A stretch of DNA of 64,000 bases from Strigamia acuminata (GCA_949358305.1 OX442314.1:12028001-12092000); one strand, 5' to 3'; shown: positions 1 through 13,249, counted from the first letter of the stretch. Notes: a model not told the origin generated them from the letters alone. Program-made: numbers and translations.

Positions 1-1020
1 CGTTCGTCTGCCACCATCAACTAAGTTGGATCAATATTCTGCACACGGGTACATTTGTACCTGTTTTTTGTTTGTTTTTGGGGACTTTTTTGGGGTTTTT
101 TTTTGTGGGGTGGTTAGGGTTTTGGAATATTTTAGGCAAAATTTGGGATTTTTTTTTTTGGGTTAAATAAAACGAAACGGTTTTAAAACGAGGTTTTTTT
201 GTGTTGTTTGTTGTTATTTTTTTTTTGCATTAGGATTCGGACGAGTTGGTTCTATTTTTATGCATTTTTTACGCGGTTTATGGTGCATCCAAAGTCGATT
301 TCCGTTATGTGCTCTTACGGGACACGCTAATGGAAGACCGGATTACCAAGTCACTCGTTTTAGTCTCCTGAAATATTGATGAAGTCGCAATGGTACTGTC
401 GGTTGACTTGACGTGGTTTGTGCAGCAAAATGTTAAGTCTAGTCTTTCCCCATGAACCATCAAATAAAAGGAGATCGCATGAAATTTTGAAGAGTTTTAT
501 ATATCTTTGACAAATTGAATTTTCAATTTTCCATTCCCATACCCCCTTGAAAAAAAATGTAATAAGAAATAATAATTATGATGTAACAAGAAACACTCTT
601 ACCTAGGGTGGATTTATGCAACAGATTATTGTATAATACAGTCTGCGACAAAATGATGTCCACCCCATTTTTTCAAGGTTTCTCTGCACTGTGCACATGT
701 AGAAAGCTGATCGAGTACCAAGCTAAAAAATATTATGAAATTAGTATAGAAATTGTTTTCTAAAATGCATTATTACAATAAAATTGCATATTTCTTGAAT
801 TTAAGGGTCTGCGAGTTCAATTGACCCAAATGCCCACATGTACTGTATTAGTGAAGAAAGAGTGACGATATCACTTAAAGTCTGAGGGAGGTGTGTCTTT
901 GTTGACAATTAAGCAAGAAGTGAAGTTTAGGAAGTAGTGTGGCCCAGTGATCATCTCTGATCACATGATTGACTAGCCATGTCAACTGTGATCAGTCGTG
1001 GGGCAGAAACTATTCGGACA

Positions 1021-1366
1021 TAGATTGTTACTATTTCCCCATCCTACAAAATTGATCACTTTGGGGAATTAATTACAATAGCTACAAACCTCTATTGTTG
1101 GGAGTTTTGGCTGGTTTTTGCAAGTTTTTGGAGAATTTTGGATGGCTTTTGTAGATTTTGAGAGATTTTTGTGAAGATTTTAGAGGATTTTGTAGCTTTT
1201 GCTAGTCTGCGGTGTATTGCAACCAATTACAGGCAGTAAGTTGGAATTGAAATTGGCAAAAATTGAAGAAAAAAATCTAGAAACGAAAATTTTGGGCGAC
1301 AAAGTGATTGAACATCGTTGCGCCCCACCAAAAATCAGCTCGCGCCCCACAGTTTGAGAAATGCTG
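1021..1366. mobile_element. hAT-like MITE fragment (family A)
   Basis: Ends in cagtttgagaaatgctg, whose reverse complement CAGCATTTCTCAAAC is a hAT Charlie/Buster-type terminus. A highly similar inverted copy lies at 31921-32255 and a partial copy at about 10935-11019. Confidence 0.7.
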
Positions 1367-1538
1367 ATCTAAAGTGTTTGGTTTCTCGGTGTTTCCACTT
1401 TGCGATCGCATTTGTATTTCAATTTCTCGCTTGAAATTTATTTATCTCCAACGAGGAATACACAGCCAATGAGATAACAAGACCAAGTGTGACCAGAAGC
1501 CAGAAAAAAAATAATCTTCTCCGGACCGGCGTAAATTT

Positions 1539-1976
1539 AAACAAGTAAATATCTGTAATGCATGGAAGCATTACATATTAGACTTCTAAACCCCTTCTAC
1601 ACTTTTCTGTATAGAAATACATCTGTCCGTCTGTCCCTAAATAAAATACCAAAATAAAAGAAAATAATGTCGAGTTTCCGGGTTCGAGAAATGCACAGAC
1701 GGGCGACAACACGTCGATGAGCTGACCATTGATGTATTATTATTATTATTCTGGTATTAGTCTGTAATAGACGGCTAAAAGTCTAGTAAAACCAGTTTTT
1801 TAGTTAAGCCGAAGGTCGGAAAAATACGAAAATACCTTAGGAACCTATTGTAGGTATGCAGAGTTCATTGCAGTTGCCCGTTTGGCTCTAGCTGCTATGG
1901 TTTTTGAGAAATTGATACGGACAGACGGACAGAGCCGTTTCATTAGACTTTCTAAACAGAGTTTAGAAGTGTAAAA
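1539..1976 (-). mobile_element. DINE-1/HINE-like non-autonomous Helentron element
   Basis: Subterminal inverted repeats tagacttctaaac (1579-1591) and gtttagaagtgta (1961-1973), a terminal hairpin tgtaatgc-atggaa-gcattaca, a short IR ttctaaac-aga-gtttagaa, and GTCC/GTCT microsatellite (acggacagacggacag). A second copy lies at 18146-18803. Confidence 0.75.
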
Positions 1977-2089
1977 GTAAAGATTATCGCTTATGATTAT
2001 TACTTCTGAAAATAATCCGAAGATGGTGTGCAAGACGAGTTGCCCTTGACAACGCGGAACGACTTAATGGAGAAAGCCGGTCGCCGACC

Positions 2090-2483
2090 GAGAGAGAGAG
2101 AGGGAGACTGTTGTACACTTTCTCTCATTGGTTTCTCCCGCTGGGACTTTGTCGCACATTGGTTTTCTCTCGCTGGCTGTTCCTTCTGTGTTTATATCAG
2201 TTTGTCTCTCTCAAGTGCAGCCCTGGCGAGCGTGCTTTTACTGCCTGCTAGAGCTATGATTGGAAAACAGAGTAAATGGAATTCAGCAGTGTGCGCTATT
2301 CTTTCCTCACTCTCTGTCTTTACTCCCTTGTTCCTTTCGATTACGCTGGCTACAACCAGAGGGCGGATTGATGTCAATCTTTACACTTGTAGAAATATAC
2401 CTGGTCTTGACGAAATTTAAGTGAATTGGATTGGTGATTCATTTTCTCGTTCATTTATTGCTAAAAAATGTCTTTTCTCGTGG
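2090..2483 (+). promoter_or_regulatory. Candidate promoter / non-coding first exon
   Basis: Non-repetitive, GC-richer island with a (GA)n tract and CT-rich segments, ending at a possible donor gg|gtaaga and followed by T/G-rich intron-like DNA. Inference from composition only. Confidence 0.25.
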
Positions 2484-4079
2484 GGTAAGACCAATGCTTC
2501 ATTCTTTTTAGTAATAGCGCGAGTTCCACCGGAATAAATTGTGCGTGAAAGTCTGCGCGTTTGTTTCGTGGGATTTTTTTAAGTGTATACGGTTATTGCT
2601 TGTTTTTAAGAATAGAGGCAATTTTTGTCATTGTAATGGGCGGAAAAGTACATAGAAATGGGTGAATTCGGCGTGTCGATGTTGTGTCGATGTGTGGAGT
2701 GGTTTTTTTGAGTTGTTATTGTGTGTTTTAATGGGAAATAAGGGCGCTTTTGATATTTATTATTTTGGTTTGGAACGTGCTTGGAATTCGTGAGAGACGT
2801 TGAAAAAGAGAAACATTTTCGCATATGTTTTGATATAAATTTATTTGAGTGTTTTTATTACGTGCACGTGGTTGGATTTAAGGTAGTTGATCGTTCCGAA
2901 TAGAAATGTGATGAGAAAATCGTTGAGATTTATTTAAAAACGAAATAAACGATGAGTGTTTGTTAGGACGGATATCGGTGTTTGTTGTGGCGGACTTCGG
3001 TGCGGTCGCAGCGGCCGCGATGGAAGCCAATTTCCGTCCTAAAACATTTTTTTTTTTAAACGTGTAATTTTAAGTTTATGTCTAATAACCTTCGATTTAT
3101 TTTGTTTTGTCGTGTTTTTTACGGGTTGTTTTTATTTCTCTTGTCCATAATCCATTTCCTGCTTTTCCATCTTTGTATTCCTCACGTAAAAACATCATTC
3201 GGAAATGGGACTGTATGAGATGGGATTTTGTTTTAGCACCTCGGATATTTTTCTCTCGTCTTCTCCATTTGATTCAGTGGCACGTGCACGAGGACTTTTT
3301 TGTAATTTCTTTCGTTTTCCACGATAAATAAACGTCCATTCATCTTTATCCCATCCGAACGTGATTGGCATGCGAAGAGAAACATTTTCATAAACAAAAG
3401 CTTTGGATACTCTTGTTGTCACACGAGCGAATGTCACTCGAGTTGGTTCATTTCAAGAATTGAATATCGAAAATACGGACGGATAGAAAATGGTAAAAGG
3501 AAGGAAAAAAAATCAAAATTGACACTTGGTGGTGCCCTCAGCCCTCCAGACGCAACAGAATTGTCAAATTGGAATCGACCAGAGAAAATTGGCCATGTCT
3601 GGTTCACGCGGCTGCATTTGTCGTCTTATCTGTGTTTTTATTTCTTTATCTTTTTTTTTTTTTTTTTTTTATATTTTTTCTTTTTGCTCAATATCTCGGT
3701 TATGCTTTTCGTGAAAGTTGTTGAATGCTCGTTCGCTGGAGTTTGAGTAAACATGTGCCCCAGTTGATAATATGTCCCAGTTTGTTCTCTTTATGCCAGG
3801 TTCTATAGCGTCATATTCGGCAATATTTGCGCACCCATTATCGTTAGTGAGCTGAGGCGTGGACCGAGTCGCTGCGCATCTTCATCTCTTTTGCTTCAGT
3901 TTTCTCCTCCATATACATGAGTTTATGCTCGTTATCAAAGGCAGAGATGGGCGTGATTTAATCCTTAGTTATGCGTAAAGTGAAAGTTAGCAGGAAAAAA
4001 TGAAATTAAATATTACTCATGGTGGATGTTTTATTTAAAACTATTGCTATGCAACAGACAGTCGGTTCGTTCAATCCTA

Positions 4080-4296
4080 CAGTTTGCGCTCGGTATGTTG
4101 ATGCCAAATTCAAACTGCGCGTGCAGTTAATGTGGTGATTGTCAAGCTTGTTGCACAGAAAGGGAATAAAGCAACAATGTATTGGTACTATGCTTTAAAT
4201 TACTTTTGTTAATGAGTTTGTTGTTGTTTATTTACTTCATGTTAGCATTATTAAACCTAGTATGCTTAATGTAGCTAAATAACGACTGGAATTAGG
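4080..4296. mobile_element. Degenerate copy of TA|CAGTT(T/C)GCGC MITE family F
   Basis: Begins ta|cagtttgcgctcggtat and shares the ttagcattatta...gctaaataacgactggaattag block with 43465-43652 and, in reverse complement, with 39551-39793. Confidence 0.6.
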
Positions 4297-4384
4297 TAAG
4301 GTAATCATACCGAATTAACCCGCTTTAAGCGGTATTTCGCTGTAAGAGAAATTATCAACTTTTGGAAATTTCACTTACGAATGC

Positions 4385-4887
4385 CACTAAATTGCGAACT
4401 GAGGGATTGTGGGTAAGAAGCGTATGCTTTCAGGTAGTGGCAACAGTAAATTCTTTTTCACTTCCTGTCAATGTTATGGCTGCCTGAAATCAGCGTACAA
4501 ACAAAATTTCTGTACGATGGTTAGCAAATAGTGTGGTTTTGAATTGTGAGACGTTACAATCTGAATGTATTTATTTAAATATAACTAAGAAAAAAATGCA
4601 AAATGAAATTGAAAAACGAGCAAAAAAACCGATAAAATGAGGGGAAAACGAGAAAAGAAACGATAAAATGAGGAAAAAACGAGAAAAAAACGATGAAATG
4701 AGGGAAAACGAGAAGAAGAAAAACGATAAAATGAGAGAAAAACGAAAAACAGGATTGAAATTGGTGGAGTAAGACGCGAAACAGGAAGTTGGAGAGCATT
4801 CATGACATCAATTCATTCCAACAATGCCTCTCCTCTCACAAGCTGGCGCCATTTGCAGTGCACAGTCCAGTAGTATTTACATCTGTG
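4385..4887. mobile_element. P-like MITE (family of 35952-36401) with internal degenerate minisatellite
   Basis: Shares attgcgaactgagggattgtgggtaagaag...tggctgcctgaaatcagc and aacaggaagttggag...ctcacaagctgg with 35952-36401. The interior 4600-4750 is an aaaacgataaaatgagg-type repeat. Confidence 0.65.
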
Positions 4888-7800
4888 GTATAAACAAGTC
4901 TCGCTACAGCGGCATGCCACTTAAAGCTGGGTAACACAGCATGTGTAGGTGAATTTGCCATAAGATATCGGGCTTGAACTGTAGGAGGATACCTTAAGTG
5001 ACTTGCTGTCAGTTTACCACAAGACACGAAAGGACTCCATTTTCTACCTCACAGAAGTGAAAAGCAATTTATTGTAAACTATATTTTTGAACCATATGCG
5101 TAGGGGCAAAACCCTAGGTCGCCTACCCCTAAAACCGCTAATTGCAATATCTGGAAAAGTTCCAGATTGGCTGCGCTATTTTCCGTTGATAGTGTTTCCC
5201 ATCGTGTTTATAGGCTTAGCGGGGGTTTTGTAAGGGAAAAATAACCTTTGACGAAGTGTGTTATACAGCAGAGTGCTGTTACCGCTTTAATAAATTAACA
5301 ATAAACAGGTCGAATCAATCGCAATAAATGGAGTTTGGAGTGAAATGTGAAAATCGTTCTAAATTTATTTCAACGACTCGATTTGCATGGAATAAAAGTT
5401 GAAACGCAAAATAGCCGGCAGTTTAGTGGAATGGTGATCCCGGTTTGAGTTTACTCTTTTCTAATGTCAAAAGTCGAAACTCGATAAGTGTATTGGAAAA
5501 TAGAAACGTTTTCACGTTTTCGCAAATTAAATTAACTCGCACGCTGCGTATTGCAAACTTTGATTTCCGAGTTTGACTGCATCAAATTCACTCCATTTAG
5601 CTTAGAAACAGGAAATACCGAGGAATAAATAATCCGATTACATTGTATATAAGGCCAAAGGTTGGGCAAGATGAGATAGCTGCGAGACTGGACGAGACGA
5701 GGCAAGATTAGGCACAAAAGCGCGATACATTTCGCTGTATTGCGCGAGATCTGGCGATGGTGCGAACAAGGCAGGGTTAAGGTTAGGATTTAAGTAAGCA
5801 ATAGGATCAAGCTGGGTTCACACTTTACAGAATTTTTACCAAAGAACGATCGATAGACGGATTTCCGTGAGAAATGGTCCGTGGGGCCCTTCTCGCAAGC
5901 CTATTTTGAGAGAAAATTAAAAATTAAGCTGCGGAATGTGCAAAAATGCCTGGTTTTGACGCTAGGTTTGTTTTTTCTACACCATTTTGGAAAAAATGGC
6001 GTGTTGTAAGGGTTTGGAATTGGATGTGGAGTTGGCGTTGATTAAGCTTTGGAATTGTATTTGTTGGCGATGTAAATGTGTTTCGGTTAGCACTAAGTTG
6101 TAGAAAAGCCAGTGTTTGTGTTTGAGGCTTGGTAATTTTGGTAGGCAAATTTGAGTTTATTCAATGAACTCATCTTGAAATCGTGAGAGCATCGATTATG
6201 TCGTAGGCGTATAGTGGATGGAGCCACGTCGACAAACCGCACGGGGGGAAGCAACGAAGATGGTTGCGTGGGTCGATCGGCACCCTATCTTCGGATTTGG
6301 GCTCGGGCCTTGGATCGATAGCTCGACCGCCCTCACCTGTTGGAAGGGGTGGGATACGTGGGCGGCGTGGCGGAAGACAACTCCCCACTTACGCTTTTAG
6401 CCTCGTTGCTCATCTTTCAGATTCCTTTAGTCGCTCGTAATGATGAGGTCATTGCAAGATGCTATTGGCCAACCGTGGCTTTGTTTACTAAGCGATCGGA
6501 GCCGGTGTGTGTGTGTGGACTGTGGGCCGGGGAAAGTAAACGAACATGACTGGGGTGGATATAAACACGCTGCAATCGAGACGGAAGTTCAATTAACACT
6601 TCATTTTCCGATTTCCGCATTAGCTTTTATTTTTTTTTAATTTTTTTTTTAATTTTTGTGTTAAATTGGATAAAATGCAATTTCTTGTTTGATGATTGTT
6701 TATTGATAATTTTTTTATTTTTTTATTTTGCGTCGATAATAAAATTGTAATTTTGGCGTGGAATTACACGGAGAGAAACCTCTAAATGAGTGGAAAAGTT
6801 GTTTTTGTTTTAATTTCGACGTTCTTAAAGTGGAAAACAAATATTTTTCAACGAGGTTGACTAATCATAGTCGTATTAGATGAAAAAATAATAAAAATGT
6901 GTTTTTTTTTTGTTTTTTTTTTTATAAGGAATTTAACCCTATTTTTTTGTCGAAAGAAAACATGACTATTTACTCATTTCATCCATCTTTCTGCATGTGT
7001 CTCGTGTATTTATTTATTTTTTTATTATTATATATTTTGTTTTTTTTTGTTTATACTTATTCACACCATGTTTCGCTCTTCTCTTGCACGGAGTGATGAA
7101 TGATGTGCTCAATGCTAGTCTCATTAGACGGTTTAAGGAAGGAAGGAGACGCGTGCTTTTGACTGTTCACTGTCCCCCTTGCTATCAAATTTTTTATTTT
7201 TTCTTGTTTTTTATTTCTTTTACTGTGGATCGATCGAATTTACGCGTATCACTGTAAATTCCAGCTCATTTTCCGGCAGTTTTGCGAGTTTTGTTGTTGT
7301 TTAAGTCACCAAACCCGGCGGCCACCTAATCTTAAGTATCAATAAAGTTTTACTGGCTGGAAATTGGGCAAATCGAATAAGTTGATAGAGAAAAAATGAA
7401 ATTGATTCTAACACTTTTCACAGCTCGGTAAAAAGCCCTACAAAGCTATTATTTGCTTGTCCCGGCCGTTTTATCAACAGAAAAAAATAAAAGACGATTT
7501 GTGTGCAAATACAGTCATTTGTCCCCAAATGCACCTCACTTGATTTCGTCGTCACTGCATTAGTCGGAATTGACAAAAGAGAGTGCGATATGTATCAATT
7601 AATCAATTATAGTCTTCGTAAATTGAATTTCACTTGGTTTCGAGTTGAAAAGCTTTGAAAAATACATTTTAATTTCCTTTTTTAACACCCGTGACTGAAT
7701 ATTTTTATTTTTGGTATTTTTATCGATGAATTTTATTTATTTATTCATTTTTTTACTTTTTATTTGCAGGTTTGGTCAGTTTGGCGCATTGAAGACACCA

Positions 7801-9934
7801 AGAAGTGATCAAAAAAATCCGTTTATGGAGAATTACATTGTAAATTCATCTTTTTATTATACATCAGAAAAAAATCGTTTTTAATGTCACAATGTTTTTT
7901 TTTTTTTAAATAAATAAAAATAAAAATGAAATGATTAATTTATCCATGAAAAAAAAGGTTTTATTGTGTTTAGTGGGTTTTATTTCTGACTTGCCAGCAG
8001 GATGTGGCTGTTGGCATACTCATCAGTGACACGTGAGGGCAGTGGTTTGTTTTATTTGACCAATAATTCAATTTGAAACGATGTGTTCCACGATTCGACC
8101 TTGTGCCCAGAGGTAAAGGTAGGAAGTGGATTGCGTTTATCTGTACCATTCCGTGCGCCCACTACCTGTTTATTCTTTCCTGATCACCGCATTTTATTTT
8201 CTTTATTTTCTAATACTCTATCTCGAAAAGCTGATTTATTCCTATATATATCGCTCAGGTGAAATCCCAAGAGTTGGTCAGAGAAGGTGGAAGAGAGATG
8301 TTTTTCTTGAACAGTAAACAAAAGTGGATCGATGCGACGATTGACAGCACCGGGACCAAACACTTGGCGGAAAGTGACACGTCGCGAATAAAATATATAT
8401 ATTTGTTTGGGAAATAATTTATTTAGTTTATATTATGACATGTAAAACGATTCGGGCAATAAATAAGGAAATAAAAAAATGCGAACGGCTATTATTCGAA
8501 ATAATAAATTGTGAATAAAAGGATAGAATGAAATTTTTGTTATGCATGAAGATTATAGGGTTGGATCTTAGATCTTGGATCTAATTCTCGGGTTTATTAG
8601 TGCGTGATGTGTAACCACGTGATTAGTCCAAGATGGCGGCGAAGAACACATCGTGGGTGTTGAAAATAAAGCTGTATCTATTTCCATTCGTAATCAAAGG
8701 TTAAGCCATTTTAAGCCAGCTGGATTGTAATTATACTTTGCGAATTAACTTTTAAATCATTTTATATTACTCATTATTCTGTCAAAGTTTAGAAATAATT
8801 TTTAATCCAACAAGATAACGTCAACATGTCTCGGATGTCAAAACGGCGGAATTCGGTGGACAAAAATTCAATCCAAGCAAAAAGTGATAAATGGGGGTAA
8901 TTTTTAATTTTTTTAATTATTATTTTTTAATTTGACGACTATTTTGTCTATTGAATATTCACAGATTGGTCATTTTATTGCCCCGACCTGTAGGACCGGA
9001 ACCGGAAGTAAATTGAATATAATACAGATTTTAAACATTTCCTACGTGGCATCACAAAGGCACAGAATGTAAACGTGCCGGAAATTTGACAAAAGTGAAA
9101 TTTTGAAAGAAACCAAATGTTGATGTTGCGTATTGAAAAATTGAATAGAAAAACGAACATGGCGCCCAAAACTGATCGCTCGCTTCGTCGCCCGAGAATG
9201 AAATGAATGATCATTTCGATGTTTGCACATCCTTTGAAATGTAAGTGTTTTCCTTAGAAATTCAACCTGTTTTCTCCCAATTTACTCGAGTAAAAAAAAA
9301 AGAAAAAAAAATTGCCATAAAGCAGTTTTGTGAAAAAACAGGATGTTGGTATAATTGTACATGCGCAGTTTAAATTCAGGAACAACACTCAGCTCTTTTA
9401 ATTGATAACGTTTCTATAGTTTCTACAACAAGTTTCTTTCATCCGAAAGACGATTACTTCTGTCATCAATCACCTTTTCCTATCGATTTAGTGGTAACAT
9501 CTGCTTCTGGTTGGCGATTGCCCGAGCCCGACTCGAGATGAAATGAAAGACACTTGATCGCGTGCTTAGAACTCCATATTGCGTTATCATTAAAGACTGC
9601 AGACGTGTATTGTATTCACCTTCTGGTCACAGATGGGTGTGAAAATTGCACCTTTGGGAATAATCGTAATGCGAAGAGATTTTTCCTGCTTTTTTTTTTC
9701 TGTCTTTGAAACGTTTGAATTGTGTTGATGTTTTTTGAGTTGGTTTAAATTGAGTTTATTCAGCAACAACGAACAGGTTTTTTCTTTTTCATTGTGTGTT
9801 TTTAATTGGAGTAGAGACACTTAGCGTGGTATTGAAGGGCTGATCTGACAAATGCAGTTTTTAAGCGTACGTATAAAATCTTAATTTGCGACAGATGGGG
9901 AAAAAAGAGTTGAACAAAGCCAAGAGTGAACTTC

Positions 9935-10266
9935 AATTATAAGTATAAGTAGCACAACACTTAGCATGGTGTTAGTCCCATAAGTAGAGTGCTTGTTTGG
10001 GGATTTAGGCCGTGCAAGCTGCGATCTGTGGGATGACTTTCTTAAGGATCCAACCTTGCATTTACATCGAGAATTGGGAAAACCACAGAAAACACAGTTG
10101 AGGCGGGTGGCAGATGTTCTTGCCATAGAAACAGTATCTCGGTGAAATGAGGATGAGAAATAACTGGGATTCCAAGCAGGTCACCATCCAAGTACTGACC
10201 AGACCCAATGCTGCTTAACGTCTAGGCTCTAATGGGAATAGGTGATGGGCAGGTTGAGTCGTTGCT
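9935..10266 (-). mobile_element. 5S rRNA-derived SINE (SINE3-type)
   Basis: The minus strand reads gcaacgac...cgttaagcagcattgggtctggtcagtacttggatggtgacctgcttggaatccc, collinear with 5S rRNA including box A, the intermediate element and box C. It is followed by a SINE-like body (gttttctgtggttttccca...gtaaatgcaaggttggatcc) and a (tactta)2 tail. Confidence 0.8.
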
Positions 10267-10371
10267 ATCCGTATGTGTATATCCCTCAGGACAGGTCAAA
10301 TTTCTGGGAGTAAAACCTCTTTAGTATAAAGTATAAACAGGGATTGCGATGCACCCCGAAAGCGCAGGAAG

Positions 10372-10793
10372 TTGGGATTGAAATGGGCGAAAATTAAACA
10401 ATTTAATAATCTCGATGAGGCATCTGCGGATAGAATCCAGATAGAAGAAGACACCAAGCGTTACTTTGTTGTTCCTACTGCTAAAAAGACACTGCGGGAA
10501 AGTGAGATCGACAAGTACGTACGACAGGTTGACCTTAAAAACTGGCGTCACTTCGATACCTACATACAATCGAAGAATATTTTATGGCTTGTGTTCGTAG
10601 AAAATAGCAAATGGGACGAAGGGACTTGCACATGTCCCATTTCTTTAAGACCTACATGTGTAAACACCTTTTGCGTATACCGATTGGTGAGAAGCTATAC
10701 TCTGTTCCACTTGAGGCGAAAAATGTCCCTCTAGGTCAAAAAAGAAAACGTGGCAGGCTGTTTAAGGCTAAAAAGGCATTGATGGCCCAATAA
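10372..10793 (+). pseudogene. C-terminal remnant of a SWIM zinc-finger MULE-type transposase (frameshifted)
   Basis: Joining ORFs 10372-10734 and 10611-10793 across a 1-nt frameshift at about 10639 gives W..FD.Y...W.V......WDEGTCTCPxFFKTYMCKH (SWIM CxCx7CxH), followed by PLEAKNVPLGQKRKRGRLFKAKKAL, a basic AT-hook-like tail. Confidence 0.8.
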
Positions 10794-10934
10794 TTTATTC
10801 TTCTGAGGTTTGTTTTGGGGGTTAAATGATTTTTTTCATTTTTTTTCGGGGGAGAAATCAGCTTTTTCGGGGGGCAAAAGAAGTTTTTTGGGGGGAGGAG
10901 CAGTTTTTTCGGTTTAGTTTTATTTGGGGGAAAA

Positions 10935-11019
10935 AATTTTGGGCGACAAAGTTATTGAACGCCGTTGCGCTTGCGCCCCACCAAAAATCAGCTCGTGCCT
11001 TACAGTTTGAGAAACGCTG
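10935..11019. mobile_element. hAT-like MITE terminus (family A)
   Basis: tttgggcgacaaagt...gcgccccaccaaaaatcagctcg...cagtttgagaaacgctg matches 1290-1366. Confidence 0.65.
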
Positions 11020-11538
11020 AACTATAACAATAGATTTGCCCTCTCATCCGGACATCGACCGCTTTATCGTGTCTCCGACTGGCCAAACTTCATTTTACAC
11101 TCACTGAAAGCTGGTCAAACATAAATTCCAACTAAAAACTTTTTTTTTTAACTCTAAAATAATTGAATCAAATTTGTGACTGTCTACAACAGAAGGGAAA
11201 TCGATTTGTGTGATCCTGATCTTTTTGGGTGTGATAAGTCGATTTATCTATGAGCTTGTTAAGTGAGTACTTTTGGTCAGAGAGAAGGATAGATAATATC
11301 ATGACCCCATGACCAATCAAAAGGGAGCTTATTACTAATCCTCTAGTCAGGTGACAGTTGTTAATCTCTTGTGTCAATAGACAAATAGTCAGTCTGCAAC
11401 TCCGCACCCGGGAGACTAGTCATTTAAACTCCAAATTTCTAATTTAAATTTGATCAGTTTAACTTTTAAGAAATGGCGGCGCATTTAGTCTGCTTTCAGT
11501 CTTACTGCTGTAGTGAAGGGCTTTTTAAACCTTTACCG

Positions 11539-12233
11539 CAGGGGTCGGCAAGTAATTTTAAGTGGGGTCCGGATACTATTGAATATTTTTATCGCGGTAC
11601 AGAAAAAAAACACCTAAAAACCTTACTAAAAACCTACGAAAACGGAAAAAAACACTTAAAAACCAGATAAACCCCCCAATAAACACACACAACCCAAAAA
11701 ATACCAATAAAACCTAAAAAAAAAACAGGAAAAACAAGAGAAAAAAACACCGAAAAACCGAAAGAAATCGAGGGAAAACACGGTCCAAGTTTCGACCTTC
11801 CGCGGTCCGTATCCGGACCGCGGTCCGCCTGTTGCCGACCCAGTGGCGTAGCTAGGGGGGGGCGGGCCGCCCCGGGTGTCACCCGGAAAGGGATGACACT
11901 CGTATAGGGATGACACCCGTATAGGGATGACACCGTATAGGCTTTTTTGGATGAAAAACGGCCATTTTTACCATGAAAAACGGCTAAAAATGACAATTTT
12001 TACTATGAAAAACGGCTAAAAATGACGATTTTTACTATGAAAAACGGCTAAAAATGGCCGTTTTTTATCCAACAGATATTTTTTTTTCAATTCCGGTCGG
12101 GAGTCACTCCCCTAGGGGTGACACCCGACCAGAATTGAAAAAAAATGTTGATTTTAACTGTTTTCGAGGGTGACACCATCGATATCCGCCCCGGGTGTCA
12201 CCCATGCTAGCTACGCCACTGTGCCGATCGCTG
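11539..12233. mobile_element. hAT (Buster-like) MITE whose right TIR is interrupted by a nested element
   Basis: Left TIR caggggtcggcaa; right TIR gttgccgacc[insert]gctg. 8-bp TSD ctttaccg (11531-11538) / ctttacgg (12234-12241), with the central TA typical of Buster targets. Confidence 0.8.
11841..12221. mobile_element. Nested hAT-like MITE
   Basis: Perfect TIRs cagtggcgtagctag / ctagctacgccactg and 8-bp TSD tgccgacc / tgccgatc. Internal repeats of gtatagggatgacac and atgaaaaacggctaaaaatg. Confidence 0.85.
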
Positions 12234-13249
12234 CTTTACGGTATCACCTCGCTTTAATGAGAATTGAACTACAACAAGCTTAAAAAAAATTTTTAGATGT
12301 CCAAAATGTAGGAAATTGTCCTAAATCTCTATAAATGTACCCAACTTTTAGTAACAACCCTCTGAATATCAAGAAAACTCACATTTCAGGCCCAAATTCC
12401 AATATAATTTTTTATCCATGCTATTCTGCAGGTTTAAGAACAACTTTAGTTGCTCAGATGACTGTTTAAAATGTGCATTTAGACCGGTTTAAATTCGATA
12501 ATTCGATTATAGCTGGCAGAAGATGAGATAAAATTTTTTGTCAGACCTGGGTGAAACAAATGCATAACCTCATCAGCCAGCACTGACCCAAATAATCAAC
12601 GCACACGTCTGGATTTGTGGACACCTCTTAAATCTATTAGCAAAAGCGCTGTTACAATCTCTCGAGTAATCCTTGCCAGATGCTGCTGATGATAATGCAA
12701 CTGATGATGCTCAGTCGAGATATACAATCCGTATTCCGACTGTGTATGCAGATGGCATTATGCCATAAGCACTTGCGGTTGTCACAAGCAGAAGCGCTTT
12801 ATCTAGAATAGATAGAAGCTTAACTTAGTTTTAAGCTGCAAATCTCAAGTGGCGGAAAATTGCACGGATTTTTTCTTTCTTTCTTTTTCCTACTTTTTTT
12901 TATATTTAAAAAAAAAAGAAGGGAATCTCGAGATAAAAATTAGAAAAATAAATTCTGTACTTACTTTAAGGTATTTTGGTAGTTTATGGTGCTGCAGGAT
13001 GTTGAAATTCTTCATTTGGTGAAGACTAATCTTAGTTTTGTCAATCATGCCCACGGGAAAGCAGCGACAAATCTCGTTTAATCTTATGTGGGTATATAGA
13101 ATTGATAAAAGATACTAAACTTGTACGGAATTGTGAGCATGCACTTAAGTTCCGCCTTTAAATTTCTATCATTTTCTCGAACTTTTTCAAGAGGCCCGTG
13201 GGACGCATAGTTATATTGTGTAACGAGGAGAAGCGGTTGAACAGTGCTC

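Noticed and set aside
2028..2420. 130-aa ORF
   Set aside because: Non-ATG start, spans a GA repeat, and shows no recognisable homology.
7448..7470. cttgtcccggcc resembles the 3' part of miR-92
   Set aside because: The seed ATTGCAC is absent and there is no pre-miRNA hairpin.
10163..10266. Functional 5S rRNA gene
   Set aside because: It is diverged, lacks the 3' stem and T-terminator, and continues into a SINE-like body.
12570..12670. Peptide HVWICGHLLNLLAKALL resembling the hAT CxxH-LNL motif
   Set aside because: The Cys is misplaced, the open frame is very short and there are no other supporting motifs. It would need BLASTX.
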